A stretch of DNA of 64,000 nucleotides from an uncultured Candidatus Saccharibacteria bacterium (GCA_964613715.1 CAZTJK010000002.1:40355-104354); one strand, 5' to 3'. Positions 1-10,398 are shown, numbered from the stretch's first letter. Notes: generated from the letters alone by a model not told the origin. Program-made: numbers and translations.

Positions 1-500
1 CAAAGCCGCGAATCCGAGCTGTTATGGCGATTGTCTCCCATGACGAAGTATTCATTGTCACCAAGCGTGATCTTTTCCTGTATCTTCGCAAAGAGCGGCG
101 AGCCGTTTGGATCAATATGGGTATATGGTTCGGACAACGTGAAGCCGTTTGGATGCGCTGCATTATAAATAGTGACGGCATCTCCGTCTATTTGAACCGT
201 TTCTTTCGGCAAGCCGATGATGCGCTTGATATAGAACACAGTCTTGTCGGCCGCATAATGCTGCAGCTCGAGGCCTTTCGGTGGCACCTTGAAGATGATC
301 ACGTCGCCGCGGGCAGGCGCATGGAATCGGTATGATAATTCGTCGACGATGAGGTAATTGCCGTCATGGAATGTATTATCCATCGAATCGCCCGAGACCA
401 TAAATGGCTGAGCGATGAAGACCCGTACCGGGACCACAATAATGAGGGACAGAATGATGATCGAGAGCGATTCCCGTATGAAGTTTTTTGCGTTTTGCAT
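1..500 (-). CDS. lepB: Signal peptidase I (3' end runs off the window)
   Basis: Not in the ORF track. Manual minus-strand translation from ATG at 500 gives MQNAKNFIRESLSIIILSLIIVVPVRVFIAQPFMVSGDSMDNTF...YIKRIIGLP...YFVMGDNRHNSSDSR, with the Ser/Lys dyad boxes and GDNR box of SPase I. Confidence 0.93.
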   Translation of the reverse strand, partial: MQNAKNFIRESLSIIILSLIIVVPVRVFIAQPFMVSGDSMDNTFHDGNYLIVDELSYRFHAPARGDVIIFKVPPKGLELQHYAADKTVFYIKRIIGLPKETVQIDGDAVTIYNAAHPNGFTLSEPYTHIDPNGSPLFAKIQEKITLGDNEYFVMGDNRHNSSDSRL

Positions 501-637
501 CCGATTCTATGGCTTATAATGGCCGTTTTCAGCAATTCTCGGCATAGTATAGATGAAAAGCATCTTTGATGCAAGAAAGCAGCATATCCGTCTTCCGCGC
601 GCTTTTCATTTTTTTTCGTCTGCCGTACAATGCAACT

Positions 638-1237
638 ATGCATTACATTATCGTTGGTCTCGGCAACCCGGGACAGGAATATGATCATACGCGGCACAAT
701 ACCGGCCGCATGGCGGTGGATGCGCTCGCCAAACGGATCGGGGAGGATGAATGGACGGAGGATGGGAAACTGAAAGCAGAAACGCTGAAGGCGAAAATCG
801 CCAAGAATACCGCGCTCTTGGTAAAGCCGAACACGTTCATGAATAAGTCGGGCGATGCAGTCCGCAGTCTGGTAAAAAGCAAGAAAGCAGCCGAGACGCT
901 CGTCGTCGTCCATGACGACCTCGACATGCCGTTTGGCACGATCAAGATCTCTTTCAACAAGAGCGCAGGCGGTCATCGTGGCGTGATGTCCGTGATCAAG
1001 GCAGTAAAAACTGAAGGCTTTATCCGGATGCGCATCGGCATTTCAGGAGCAACAGCAAGCGGCAAGCTCAAAAAGCCGCAAGGAGAGAAGGCAGTGGAAG
1101 CCCTCATTCTCGGAAAATTCAAACCAGGCGAAGATGCGATGCTGAAGAAAGTGATGAAGCGCGCTGCAGAAGGCCTTGAACTGCTCGTCACTGACGGCCG
1201 GGATATCGCCACGGGAAAGGTAAATTCGGAAAACTGA
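638..1237 (+). CDS. pth: Peptidyl-tRNA hydrolase
   Basis: Motifs IVGLGNPG..Y..TRHN, KPNTFMN.SG, VVHDDLD, AGGHRG and RMRIGI. Start moved to ATG at 638. Confidence 0.96.
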   Translation: MHYIIVGLGNPGQEYDHTRHNTGRMAVDALAKRIGEDEWTEDGKLKAETLKAKIAKNTALLVKPNTFMNKSGDAVRSLVKSKKAAETLVVVHDDLDMPFGTIKISFNKSAGGHRGVMSVIKAVKTEGFIRMRIGISGATASGKLKKPQGEKAVEALILGKFKPGEDAMLKKVMKRAAEGLELLVTDGRDIATGKVNSEN

Positions 1238-1238
1238 T

Positions 1239-1616
1239 ATGGCGATGGAAAAAATGAATCCAGAAGTGCTTGAGACGAAAAAGCAGGGCGAGCGGCTCAT
1301 GGATGACCTGACCAAAAAATATCAGAAGCTCAAAGAAATGCTCGCGGCTGAGATCAAGGAAAAGCTTGCCGACCGGGATGAAATCATGAAAATCAAGAAC
1401 GGCCTCGTAAAAGATGTCGACGAATTGAAAAAAGAATATCGCGAGCTTGCAGAGGGAAGTGATGAGCGGATGAAAGCCAAGGAAGCTGCCCGCCAGAAAA
1501 TAGACCATATCACCCAATTGATTGAACAGCTCGATCTCGAGCAGAACGAAGTGCTTGATAAGCTCATTGCCTTGCAAGGGGAGCTCAAGTCGGCGAATTT
1601 TGATTCAGTATCTTAA
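1239..1616 (+). CDS. Hypothetical coiled-coil protein
   Basis: 125 aa, E/K/L-rich heptad pattern, directly after pth and followed by a terminator. Confidence 0.7.
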   Translation: MAMEKMNPEVLETKKQGERLMDDLTKKYQKLKEMLAAEIKEKLADRDEIMKIKNGLVKDVDELKKEYRELAEGSDERMKAKEAARQKIDHITQLIEQLDLEQNEVLDKLIALQGELKSANFDSVS

Positions 1617-1617
1617 A

Positions 1618-1661
1618 ATAAAAAACAAGGGGGCTGCTTCGCGGCCCCCTTGTTTTTTATT
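1618..1661. terminator. Bidirectional intrinsic terminator
   Basis: AAAAAACAAGGGGGC-loop-GCCCCCTTGTTTTTT between convergent genes. Confidence 0.85.
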
Positions 1662-1668
1662 TTCTTCC

Positions 1669-2772
1669 TTATTTCACGAAACTCAATCCCATTTTCTGGC
1701 TTTTCGGCTCGAACGTATTGATCTTGAATGTGTAGCTCTTGCCGAGGCTGATCTTTTCCTTCATCTTCGCTTCCGTGCCGAAGTCTGAGATGTGGACGAG
1801 GCCGGATACGCCTTCTTCAATCGAAGCAAGCGCGCCATATTTGTTGAACTTGATGATGACCGCAGACACCTCGTCGCCTTTCTTGTATTTCTTTTCCGCT
1901 TCAAGCCATGGGTTTGCCTTGAGCGCCTTAATGGAGAGGGATACCTTGCCTTCTTTGACATCGATCACTTTCACATGCACCTTGTCTCCGACTTTGTAGA
2001 GGGCGCGAGGATCCTCGACAAGCGCCCAGTCGATTTCCGAGATGTGCACAAGGCCTTCGAGCCCGTCCTCGAGCTTCACGAAGATGCCGAAATCTACTGC
2101 GCCCGTGATCGTGCCCTCGAGCGTATCGCCGATCTTGTATTTGTCTGCCATTTTCTGCTTCTCCTTCTTTTCCAGATTCTTTTCGGAGAAGATGAGCTTG
2201 CCTTCTTTCGGCGCTGCCGTGATGATGGCAACCGAGATCTTCTGACCGATGAGCTTTTTGAGCTCTTCGTAGATCTTGTCCTTATCGCCATCGTCTACTT
2301 TCGGATAGTGCTCACTCTTGAGCTGGGAAGCCGGCAAAAAGCCGACAATGCCTTGCCATGAGATGATGAGACCGCCCTTGTTTGCTTCCTCGACAGGAAG
2401 CTCAAAGACTGTCTTATCCTTGATCGCTTTTTCCGCTTCATCCCAGAGCTGCGCCTGGCGTGCCTCCTTGAGGGAGAGCTCGATATAGCCTTCCTTGTTT
2501 ATCGCATCCACCACCTTTGCGGAGACAGTGTCGCCGACATTGAGCTTCTTAATGACATCGCGCGCAGTGATGAACTCCTTGCCGAAAATGAGGCCGGTGC
2601 CGTATGGCGCCAGGTCGACATAGACGCGGGTTTTTTCCACGCTGATGACTGCGCCTTCAATGACCTCGCCCGGGAGGGGAGGGTTTTTCGTTTCGTTAAA
2701 ATATTTCGCCATTGCGCCGGTCTTTTCCACCTTTGCTTCGACGATTGCTGCTTTTTTCTCTTTTGTTGCCAT
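1669..2772 (-). CDS. rpsA: 30S ribosomal protein S1 (short, about four S1 domains)
   Basis: Repeated S1 motifs (FGIFVKL..GLEGLVHISEI, GVSGLVHISDF, GFLPASQL). Start at ATG 2772. Confidence 0.92.
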   Translation of the reverse strand: MATKEKKAAIVEAKVEKTGAMAKYFNETKNPPLPGEVIEGAVISVEKTRVYVDLAPYGTGLIFGKEFITARDVIKKLNVGDTVSAKVVDAINKEGYIELSLKEARQAQLWDEAEKAIKDKTVFELPVEEANKGGLIISWQGIVGFLPASQLKSEHYPKVDDGDKDKIYEELKKLIGQKISVAIITAAPKEGKLIFSEKNLEKKEKQKMADKYKIGDTLEGTITGAVDFGIFVKLEDGLEGLVHISEIDWALVEDPRALYKVGDKVHVKVIDVKEGKVSLSIKALKANPWLEAEKKYKKGDEVSAVIIKFNKYGALASIEEGVSGLVHISDFGTEAKMKEKISLGKSYTFKINTFEPKSQKMGLSFVK

Positions 2773-2929
2773 ACTCAAATAAAAATTGCGCCCGAAGGCG
2801 CGCGTGCGTGTGCCAAAAAGTTTCAGGAGCCCTTTGCTTCGCAGCCCATGAGGTTAGCTTTTTGCGCAACCTTGTAATAGGCCGATACTACTATATAGGA
2901 AGGAAGCCGTCAATGCCTTAGGATATATA

Positions 2930-2958
2930 TTGACAGCATGATAAATCAAGCGTACTCT
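2930..2958 (+). promoter_or_regulatory. Sigma70-type promoter of orphan membrane gene
   Basis: TTGACA (2930-2935), 17-nt spacer, TACTCT (2953-2958). Confidence 0.6.
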
Positions 2959-3000
2959 ATATTCTAGAAGTTATCTGACAGCCTATGGAAAGGGGGAAGT

Positions 3001-3315
3001 ATGACCGTCCGAAAAGTCTTGCTGTTTGTTGCCCTGCAACTCGTTGCAGTAGTACTGCTCAGTATTTTCATGTATCGCGAGATCATGCTCTTCTGCCTGC
3101 CGCATCTGGACACCCACATGAAGTCGGTTTTCGCTTTTGGCTTTGCCATCATTCTTGCTATTTTTGATGCGATCATCGCTTCATGCCTTGTGTGGCCGAA
3201 TGAGGGGAATATTCCTCCCTGGGAAACCATGCTGCAGGTATTTCTTGGATCAGTCCTGCCGCTTGTCGAGTCATTTCTTGTTATGCAATGGCTGATAAAC
3301 CGTTTCCCGCAATGA
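3001..3315 (+). CDS. Orphan small membrane protein (about 3 TM)
   Basis: Hydrophobic stretches, purine-rich SD-like AAGGGGGAAG before the ATG, and terminator AAGCCCGAG...CTCGGGCTTTTT directly after the stop. Confidence 0.7.
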   Translation: MTVRKVLLFVALQLVAVVLLSIFMYREIMLFCLPHLDTHMKSVFAFGFAIILAIFDAIIASCLVWPNEGNIPPWETMLQVFLGSVLPLVESFLVMQWLINRFPQ

Positions 3316-3379
3316 AGCCCGAGTATTTCGCTCGGGCTTTTTCATTGATTCAGAAGCCTTATTTTGCTATACTAATGCA

Positions 3380-4003
3380 ATGGTTATCACATATTTTGGC
3401 GCCGAATTCTTCAAGATACAGTTCGGCGATACGACGCTCGCATTCAATCCAATCTCCAAGGATTCAAAGCTGAAGCCGACGCGCTTTTTTGCGGATGTGG
3501 CGCTTGTCTCCGTGAATCATGCTGATATGAACGGCGTGGAGAATATGGCCTACAATGGCAAGGAGCCAGTGGTCATTTCCGGTCCGGGCGAATACGAGAT
3601 CAAAGGTGTTTTCATTAAGGGCTTCGGATCAAAATCAGAGTACGGCGGGAAGGACAAGATCAATACCATCTATTCGGTCTCGCTTGAGAACATGAATCTT
3701 TGTTTTCTCGGCGCGCTTTCGGATATCAATCTCTCGAGTCAGGTGAAGGAGGAGCTCGGCGATGTGGACATTCTTTTCTTGCCGGTCGGGGGCGATGGTG
3801 TGCTTGATGCGGCGAAGGCAGAAAAGCTTTCTGTGGAAATCGAGCCGAAAATCATCATTCCGATGCACTATGACGCAGCTGGCCTGAAAAAATATCTGAA
3901 AGAAGCGGGCGAGGAAGGCGTCAAGCCGATCGACAAGCTGACGATCAAACGCAAAGATTTGGAAGGCAAGCAAGGGGAGAGCATCGTGCTTGCAGAAGCC
4001 TAA
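3380..4003 (+). CDS. Metallo-beta-lactamase-fold protein (Zn-dependent hydrolase-like, degenerate motif)
   Basis: MVITYFG..FFKI, GPGEYEIKGVFI.G, VDILFLPVGG and PKIIIPMHY are typical of this MBL-fold subfamily. Confidence 0.82.
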   Translation: MVITYFGAEFFKIQFGDTTLAFNPISKDSKLKPTRFFADVALVSVNHADMNGVENMAYNGKEPVVISGPGEYEIKGVFIKGFGSKSEYGGKDKINTIYSVSLENMNLCFLGALSDINLSSQVKEELGDVDILFLPVGGDGVLDAAKAEKLSVEIEPKIIIPMHYDAAGLKKYLKEAGEEGVKPIDKLTIKRKDLEGKQGESIVLAEA

Positions 4004-4014
4004 CCTTATTCTCC

Positions 4015-4359
4015 ATGAGCTTTTTGGGAGGAATGCGACAATGGCCGGATGGGAAGAAAAGGAATTTTTCCCTGTTTATCGCATTCTGCGTCACGAGCTT
4101 GCTTGTCAGTGGCTGGGGAATCTTTGATCGGATACATAATCGTAGTTCAGCACCGGCGTCTGATGACTCATTTGCATACTTGAAAGAAACCGCAAAGACA
4201 TTCGTAAATGGCTTCAATGCGGCTAAGGAGCAATACTTCGGAGCGACCACGACTGCGCTTCTCACGAGTCTCTTGCATGGGGTGGGGACGAGCACGGTTG
4301 CAACAACAAGCACGAGCACAACGCTTGTTTCGACCACATCCGCGTCGAAAAAACGATAG
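4015..4359 (+). CDS. Hypothetical membrane-anchored protein with Thr/Ser-rich tail
   Basis: One N-terminal TM segment and a T/S-rich C-terminus; co-oriented between the MBL gene and gyrA. Confidence 0.6.
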   Translation: MSFLGGMRQWPDGKKRNFSLFIAFCVTSLLVSGWGIFDRIHNRSSAPASDDSFAYLKETAKTFVNGFNAAKEQYFGATTTALLTSLLHGVGTSTVATTSTSTTLVSTTSASKKR

Positions 4360-4407
4360 TGCAATTTTTATAAAATACGCTAGTATACGGAGGTATTTCA
4401 GACTCAT

Positions 4408-6858
4408 ATGGAAAAGGGAAAAGAGGCAAAAACAGACATAAAAGCGCTTTCAAATCGCAGCATCACTGCGGAAATGAAGGAATCGTATCTCGACTATGCA
4501 ATGTCCGTCATCACGGCGCGCGCATTGCCTGATGTCCGCGACGGCCTGAAGCCGGTGCATCGCAGAATCCTTTTCGCGATGCATCAGATGGGCTTTACAG
4601 CAGGCGGCAAGACCAGAAAGTCTGCCACGGTCGTCGGCGAAGTGCTCGGTAATTATCATCCGCACGGCGATGTCGCGGTGTATGACTCCATGGTAAAAAT
4701 GGCGCAGGATTTCAACTATCGCTATCCGCTCATCATGGGGCAGGGTAATTTCGGCAATATCGACGGCGACAGCGCGGCAGCCATGCGCTATACCGAGGCG
4801 AAGATGTCGAGGATTTCGGGCGAAATGCTGAAAGACCTCGAGAAAGATACTGTCGAATGGCGCCCGAACTATGACAATACGAAAAAAGAGCCGGAAGTGT
4901 TGCCGAGCGCGGTGCCGAACCTTCTTTTGAATGGCACGCTCGGCATCGCTGTCGGCATGGCCACTGATATCCCGCCGCATAATCTCAATGAGATCATCGA
5001 TGCGACGCTGCATCTTGTCGACAATAAGGACGCGACGACCGAAGACTTGCTCCAGTTCGTGAAAGGCCCGGATTTCCCAACGGGCGGCACTATCTATAAT
5101 CAGACTGATATCAATCATGCCTATGCCACTGGCCGGGGCGGTATCGTCACGAGAGGGCACGCGGAAATCGTCGAGGACAAGAAGGAGAATTACGCGATCA
5201 TCATCACTTCGATCCCGTATCGCGTGAACAAGTCGACGCTTATCATGTCGATCGCCGATCTCGTGCGCGACAAGAAAATCGAAGGCATCAAGGGCCTGCG
5301 GGATGAATCCACGAAGGATATCCGCATCGTCATCGATCTCAAGAATAATGCCAATCCCCAGAGCGTCCTGAACTATCTCTACAAGCATACGCAGCTCGAG
5401 GAGACATTCCATATGAATCTCGTCGCGCTTGTCAAAGGCGTGCCGAAGACGCTGTCGCTCAAGAGCTGCCTCGATGAATTTATCGAGCACAGAAAGATTG
5501 TCGTGAAGCGCCGCACGGAGTTTGACCTCAAGAAAGCCGAAGCGCGCGAGCATATCCTGCTTGGCCTCAAGAAAGCGCTCGACCATATCGACGAGATCAT
5601 CAAGCTCATCAAGAAATCGAAAGATGTCGATGATGCGCGTCAGGGATTGATGAAAACATTCAAGTTCTCTGAAATCCAGGCTAATGCCATTTTGGAAATG
5701 CGCTTGCAGAAGCTTGCCGGCCTTGAGCGCAAGAAGGTGGAAGACGAGCTTGCAGAAGTACAGGCCATCATTGCCGATCTCAAGGATATTCTCGCCAAGC
5801 CAAAGAGAATTCTCACTATCATCAAGACTGAGCTTGCCGACATCAAGGCAAAATACGGCGATGATCGCCGCACGAAAGTGGTGAAAGGCGGCGTAAAGAT
5901 GCTCTCCGAGGAAGATCTCATCGCTGATGAGCCGAATATGCTCGTGCTGACCGCAGGCGGCTATGTGAAGCGCACGAATCCGGACGAATACAGGAAGCAG
6001 AAGCGCGGCGGCGTCGGCGTCGTCGATCTCGATACCAAGGACGAGGATTTCATCACGCATTTCCTCAATGCCTCGGCACATAGCGATATCCTCTTCTTCA
6101 CGAATAAGGGCAAGGCATACCAGATAAAGATGTATGAACTGCCGGAAGGGAAGCGTGCGACCAAAGGCAAAGCAATCGTCAATTATTTGGCGCTCACGGC
6201 GGATGAGAAGATCACCTCGGTACTCGCCATGCCAAAATCGCTCAAGAACCAGAAGCTCTCGCTCATCTTCGTGACGAAAGGCGGCACGGCAAAGCGCGTG
6301 GACGCTGAATCATTCAAGGATGTTCGTCGCTCCGGTCTCATTGCTATTTCGCTTGATGCCGGCGATGAATTGCGCAGCGCACTCTTTATGACCGAAGGCG
6401 ATGAAGTGATACTCGCGACTGCAGAAGGCCAGGCTATCAGATTCAAAGACAAGGACGTGCGCGTCATGGGCCGCTCGGCCGGCGGCGTGCGCGGTATGAA
6501 GCTTGATAGGGGCGACAGTATCATCGCGGCGGACGTCATTTCGAAATCCATGAAGAATCCAGAGCTTCTCGTCGTCTCCGCAAAAGGCTATGGCAAGAAG
6601 ACGCCGCTTGATGAATACAAAGTGCAGGGTAGGGGCGGCTCGGGCATCATCACTATGAAAGTCACCGACAAGACCGGCAAGATCATGGCAGCCAAGGTCA
6701 TCACCGAAGAGCAGGAAGAGATTGCGACCATCTCGAAGAAAAGCCAGGTCATCCGCACGGGTCTCAAAGAAATCCCGAGCTTGGGCCGTCAGACGCAGGG
6801 CGTGCGCATCATGAAGCTCTACGAAGGCGACTCGCTTGCTTCGATGACGATTATTTAG
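4408..6858 (+). CDS. gyrA: DNA gyrase subunit A
   Basis: [21 protein letters not shown], catalytic AAMRYTEA, GyrA-box QKRGGVG and C-terminal pinwheel repeats. Confidence 0.98.
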   Translation: MEKGKEAKTDIKALSNRSITAEMKESYLDYAMSVITARALPDVRDGLKPVHRRILFAMHQMGFTAGGKTRKSATVVGEVLGNYHPHGDVAVYDSMVKMAQDFNYRYPLIMGQGNFGNIDGDSAAAMRYTEAKMSRISGEMLKDLEKDTVEWRPNYDNTKKEPEVLPSAVPNLLLNGTLGIAVGMATDIPPHNLNEIIDATLHLVDNKDATTEDLLQFVKGPDFPTGGTIYNQTDINHAYATGRGGIVTRGHAEIVEDKKENYAIIITSIPYRVNKSTLIMSIADLVRDKKIEGIKGLRDESTKDIRIVIDLKNNANPQSVLNYLYKHTQLEETFHMNLVALVKGVPKTLSLKSCLDEFIEHRKIVVKRRTEFDLKKAEAREHILLGLKKALDHIDEIIKLIKKSKDVDDARQGLMKTFKFSEIQANAILEMRLQKLAGLERKKVEDELAEVQAIIADLKDILAKPKRILTIIKTELADIKAKYGDDRRTKVVKGGVKMLSEEDLIADEPNMLVLTAGGYVKRTNPDEYRKQKRGGVGVVDLDTKDEDFITHFLNASAHSDILFFTNKGKAYQIKMYELPEGKRATKGKAIVNYLALTADEKITSVLAMPKSLKNQKLSLIFVTKGGTAKRVDAESFKDVRRSGLIAISLDAGDELRSALFMTEGDEVILATAEGQAIRFKDKDVRVMGRSAGGVRGMKLDRGDSIIAADVISKSMKNPELLVVSAKGYGKKTPLDEYKVQGRGGSGIITMKVTDKTGKIMAAKVITEEQEEIATISKKSQVIRTGLKEIPSLGRQTQGVRIMKLYEGDSLASMTII

Positions 6859-6934
6859 GTTGACTTTTGTTATAAAAACAGATATTTTATTTTGACGCTC
6901 TTTGTCTTTTGTAAAATTTCTTAGGAGGATAGCA

Positions 6935-7189
6935 ATGTCCGACACCCTTGAAGTTTCCAAGCAGCTGACTGACAAGATCGAGGCCGTGATCGTCATTATC
7001 AAAGACGAAAAACGGTCGTCGTACAGGCTCCGGGTCGGTGTTGTTGGCAAACGGAAGTGGAAATGTGGAGGCAACCTGAAAAGTTACTCCGACTTCCTTG
7101 ATGGACTGAAACTCGCAGAGAAAAACTGCGGGCTCAAGCGAGGAACTTTGTTAGCACTCATTCCTCCTGCTTTTCGAGAGAAAGCGTAA
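6935..7189 (+). CDS. Orphan small basic protein
   Basis: AGGAGG SD before ATG 6935, promoter TTGACT-N17-TATTTT (6860-6888), terminator at 7214-7246. Confidence 0.6.
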   Translation: MSDTLEVSKQLTDKIEAVIVIIKDEKRSSYRLRVGVVGKRKWKCGGNLKSYSDFLDGLKLAEKNCGLKRGTLLALIPPAFREKA

Positions 7190-7213
7190 AAAGAAACGAT
7201 ATGATTTCTAACT

Positions 7214-7246
7214 AAGCCCCGCGGCATAGCACGCGGGGCTTTTTTA
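7214..7246 (+). terminator. Intrinsic terminator
   Basis: AAGCCCCGCG-loop-CGCGGGGCTT followed by a T tract. Confidence 0.8.
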
Positions 7247-7276
7247 TTTCCTGCTTTCCTAGTATACTTTTCCTAT

Positions 7277-7813
7277 ATGTTCTCCGACCCGCAGCGCACT
7301 ATCGATCAATTCAATATCGGCAAAGGCACAGTTGTCGCCGATTTCGGCGCGGGATCGGGCTTTTATGCGCTCGCAGCGGCAGAGGCTGTGGGCGAGACTG
7401 GTAAGGTGTATGCCGTCGATGTGCAGAAGGACCTCTTGCAGAAGCTCAAGAGCGAGGCGAAGAATGTCCGCCATCTCAATAATGTCGAGATCATCTGGGC
7501 CGACCTCGATCATCTCGGCGGCACGCGGCTGCGCGAAGCATCCATGGATGCCGTCATTGCCGCGAATCTTTTCTTCCAGCTGCCGAACAAGGACAATACC
7601 TGCATGGAAATCCGCCGCATATTGAAGAAAAACGGCCGCGTACTCATCGTCGACTGGTCCGCATCGTTCGGCGGCATGGGCCCGCAGGCAAAAGAGGTAT
7701 TTTCTGAAGATGCTGCCAAGAAGCTCTTTGCCAAGCATGGCTTCACGCTCGACAAGGAGATCATCATGTCGGGCGCCCAGCATTACGGCCTCGTATTCAG
7801 GAAAACGGTCTGA
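7277..7813 (+). CDS. Class I SAM-dependent methyltransferase
   Basis: Motif I VADFGAGSG, VYAVDV, and RILKKNGRVLIVDW. Confidence 0.9.
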   Translation: MFSDPQRTIDQFNIGKGTVVADFGAGSGFYALAAAEAVGETGKVYAVDVQKDLLQKLKSEAKNVRHLNNVEIIWADLDHLGGTRLREASMDAVIAANLFFQLPNKDNTCMEIRRILKKNGRVLIVDWSASFGGMGPQAKEVFSEDAAKKLFAKHGFTLDKEIIMSGAQHYGLVFRKTV

Positions 7814-7839
7814 TATAATATTCCGAAAGGGGATTTTCG

Positions 7840-9141
7840 ATGGAACCGAACAAGAACAAATTCAAATTGGTGCTGACGGGCATATTCGGCTTCTTCATCA
7901 TTCTCGGCCTCGTGGCATTTTCCACCTATCGCTCAAATTCGATCGCGAACAACGAGACGCCGATTGCGGTCTGGGGCACGCTCGACAAGGATACATTCGA
8001 TAATTTCGTCGCCAAATACAAGCAGGACAAGACCATTGATTTTAAGCTGACCTATATTCAAAAAGATATTTCCGTGATCGATGGCGATCTCGTGGAAGCC
8101 ATCGCGACCGGCAAAGCACCGGATGCGATACTCATTCCGCAGGAGCTCATGAAGCGCTATCTCGACAAAGTGTCACTCATCACGTCCATCCCGGAGCGCA
8201 CGTTCAAGGATACCTATGTGCAGGAAGCGGAAATGTATATACAGCCGGACGGCATGTTCGCCCTGCCGTTTTTCGTCGATCCGCTTGTGATGTATTGGAA
8301 CCGCGATATTTTCACGACAGCGGGCATCGCCACGCCACCAAAGCTCTGGTCGGAGTTTCCGCTCCTTGCCGGCAAGCTTTTCCAGTCTGATGATTCCGGC
8401 ACTGTCACGCAAACGCTCGCATCGCTTGGCGAATACTCGAATGTGACGAATGCCAAGGCACTCATTTCCGCACTCATTCTCCAGGCGGGCAGTCCGATTG
8501 TGAATACCGATGATGCCGGCGCGCTGAAATCTGCTCTCTATGACCGCGTGGAGGGAGTGCCAGTGATGCCTGCAGTATCGGCACTGTCATTCTTTACCGA
8601 TTATGCGAATCCGAAAAAGTCCGTCTATTCCTGGAATCGGGCGCTTCCGGCTTCGCAGAAATTCTTCCTATCCGGGAATCTTGCCACCTACTTTGGCTTT
8701 GCAAGCGAAGCAGCAAGCTTGCATGCGAAGAATCCGAACCTGAATTTCGATATCGCCGAAATGCCGCAGACAGTCGGCGCAAAAGTGCGAACGACTTTCG
8801 GCGAGCTCTATGGTTTTGCATTTTTGAAGAGCTCGCCGAACCTGGTGCCGGCATTCAACCTCCTTTCCACCCTTGCAAGCCCAGACGGGGTGAACGAGCT
8901 CATGCAATTTGCCGATGTCGCGCCGGCCCGCCGCGATATGCTTGCCGCAGGCACGACAGATCCTGAAAAGGCGGTCTTTTTCAGCTCAGCCCTTATTGCC
9001 AAAGGTTGGCTCGATGTGAGCGCGAAAGACACATCGCAGATTTTCCAGGAAATGGTCGAGAATATCACGACCGGCCGTATGACGGCGGATGATGCCGTGC
9101 AGAAGGCAAGCACGGAGCTTGATATTTTGCTACAATCATAG
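7840..9141 (+). CDS. Extracellular solute-binding protein (sugar-binding family 1-like), membrane anchored
   Basis: N-terminal TM, AIATGKAPD, ALPFFVDPLVMYWNRDIF and PPKLWSEF. No permease or ATPase adjacent. Confidence 0.85.
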   Translation: MEPNKNKFKLVLTGIFGFFIILGLVAFSTYRSNSIANNETPIAVWGTLDKDTFDNFVAKYKQDKTIDFKLTYIQKDISVIDGDLVEAIATGKAPDAILIPQELMKRYLDKVSLITSIPERTFKDTYVQEAEMYIQPDGMFALPFFVDPLVMYWNRDIFTTAGIATPPKLWSEFPLLAGKLFQSDDSGTVTQTLASLGEYSNVTNAKALISALILQAGSPIVNTDDAGALKSALYDRVEGVPVMPAVSALSFFTDYANPKKSVYSWNRALPASQKFFLSGNLATYFGFASEAASLHAKNPNLNFDIAEMPQTVGAKVRTTFGELYGFAFLKSSPNLVPAFNLLSTLASPDGVNELMQFADVAPARRDMLAAGTTDPEKAVFFSSALIAKGWLDVSAKDTSQIFQEMVENITTGRMTADDAVQKASTELDILLQS

Positions 9142-9143
9142 CT

Positions 9144-9521
9144 ATGACAAACCGTCGTATTATCGCTTCGCTTTCCGCAGCTGCCATCCTTGCGCCGCTC
9201 GCTGTTTTGGCAGCGGATCTCATCCCATGCGATGGGGTGAATACGCCATGCAATTTCGGCTCGCTTGCCACGCTCGTGAACAATATCATAAACTGGTTCC
9301 TCGGCATTTCAGTATCCGTTGCGGCAATTACCTGTGCGGTTGCCGGCGCAAAGATTCTTTTTAATCCTGGCAATCAGAGCGAGATCGAGGCGGGGAAGAC
9401 CATGCTCTGGAAGACCATCCAAGGCATGTTCATCATCCTGCTTGCATGGCTCGTGGTGCATACCGTCATTGCGGCGCTTGTAAATCCGTCGACCGGTGCG
9501 CTCCGATTCCTCGGCAATTAA
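9144..9521 (+). CDS. VirB2/TrbC-like pilin 1
   Basis: Signal peptide, Cys pair (PCDGVNTPCNF), two hydrophobic helices separated by PGNQSEIEAGK..LW..IQG. Confidence 0.75.
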   Translation: MTNRRIIASLSAAAILAPLAVLAADLIPCDGVNTPCNFGSLATLVNNIINWFLGISVSVAAITCAVAGAKILFNPGNQSEIEAGKTMLWKTIQGMFIILLAWLVVHTVIAALVNPSTGALRFLGN

Positions 9522-9538
9522 TCATTTATCATAATCCT

Positions 9539-9889
9539 ATGAAATTCATCACCCGTTTCTATACAGCAGTGCTTTCAGTACTTTCATTTTCAGTGCCAGC
9601 TCTTTCATTTGCCCAATCAAGCGTGATTCAGAATCCACTCAAGGGCGTTTCAAGCATCCCTGCATTCATTGCGACTGTGCTCGGCTATGTCGTGAAGATC
9701 GGCGGCATCATTGCCATCTTCGCGTTCATCTATGCCGGCTTCAAGTTCGTGGCTGCTCGCGGCAATCCGAAAGAGCTCGAAGATGCCAAGAGGATTTTTA
9801 TCAATACCTGCATTGGCGTTGCTGTGCTTCTCGGTGCCCAAGTGATCGCGACTATCATTGTCGGCACGATCAAGAATATCCAGCAATAA
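9539..9889 (+). CDS. VirB2/TrbC-like pilin 2
   Basis: Signal peptide ending SFAQ, NPLK, and IYAGFKFVAARGNPKELEDAK..FINT.IG. Start moved to ATG 9539. Confidence 0.85.
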   Translation: MKFITRFYTAVLSVLSFSVPALSFAQSSVIQNPLKGVSSIPAFIATVLGYVVKIGGIIAIFAFIYAGFKFVAARGNPKELEDAKRIFINTCIGVAVLLGAQVIATIIVGTIKNIQQ

Positions 9890-9892
9890 TCC

Positions 9893-10300
9893 ATGAAGAG
9901 ATTTTTTGCCATCATTGCATCATTCCTCGTCTCATTTTCGGCGATTGGCATCGCTTATGCTGCGACAAATAGTGTTGCGGCGGCTGCTTTGGCCGGCTGC
10001 GTTCCGGGAAGGATCGGCAATTTCCATGACCTCGTATTCAATCTCTTCATCGGCTGTATCCTGTCGCCAGCCGTGTATCTGATCATCGGCATCGCAGTCG
10101 TTGTATTCCTCTACGGCATCGTCAAATTCATCATGTCTGACGGCGAAGGCCGCGAGGAAGGGAAGCAATTCATGTTTTACGGCATCGTGGGGCTTTTCAT
10201 TATCGTGTCCTTGTGGGCGTTCGTGCGTATTCTCCAGAGCACGTTCAACTTGAACTCGACCGATCTCAATATCCGGCCGACGACCGCTATCGGCCAATAG
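9893..10300 (+). CDS. VirB2/TrbC-like pilin 3
   Basis: Signal peptide (AYA), FLYGIVKFI..GEGREEGKQFMFYGIVGLFIIVSLW. Confidence 0.82.
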   Translation: MKRFFAIIASFLVSFSAIGIAYAATNSVAAAALAGCVPGRIGNFHDLVFNLFIGCILSPAVYLIIGIAVVVFLYGIVKFIMSDGEGREEGKQFMFYGIVGLFIIVSLWAFVRILQSTFNLNSTDLNIRPTTAIGQ

Positions 10301-10398
10301 GTGTCGATAACCCCCTTGTGCGGCTGCCAAGGGCGCTGTATAATAATAGTCATAGAAAACGGTACGTTTATTAGATTATTTTAGACAAATATTTATTT

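Noticed and set aside
4450-6081. 543-aa minus-strand ORF, and similar long antisense ORFs over topA, rel, priA, lysS and typA
   Set aside because: They lie fully antisense to well-supported genes and have no motifs; they are shadows of codon bias.
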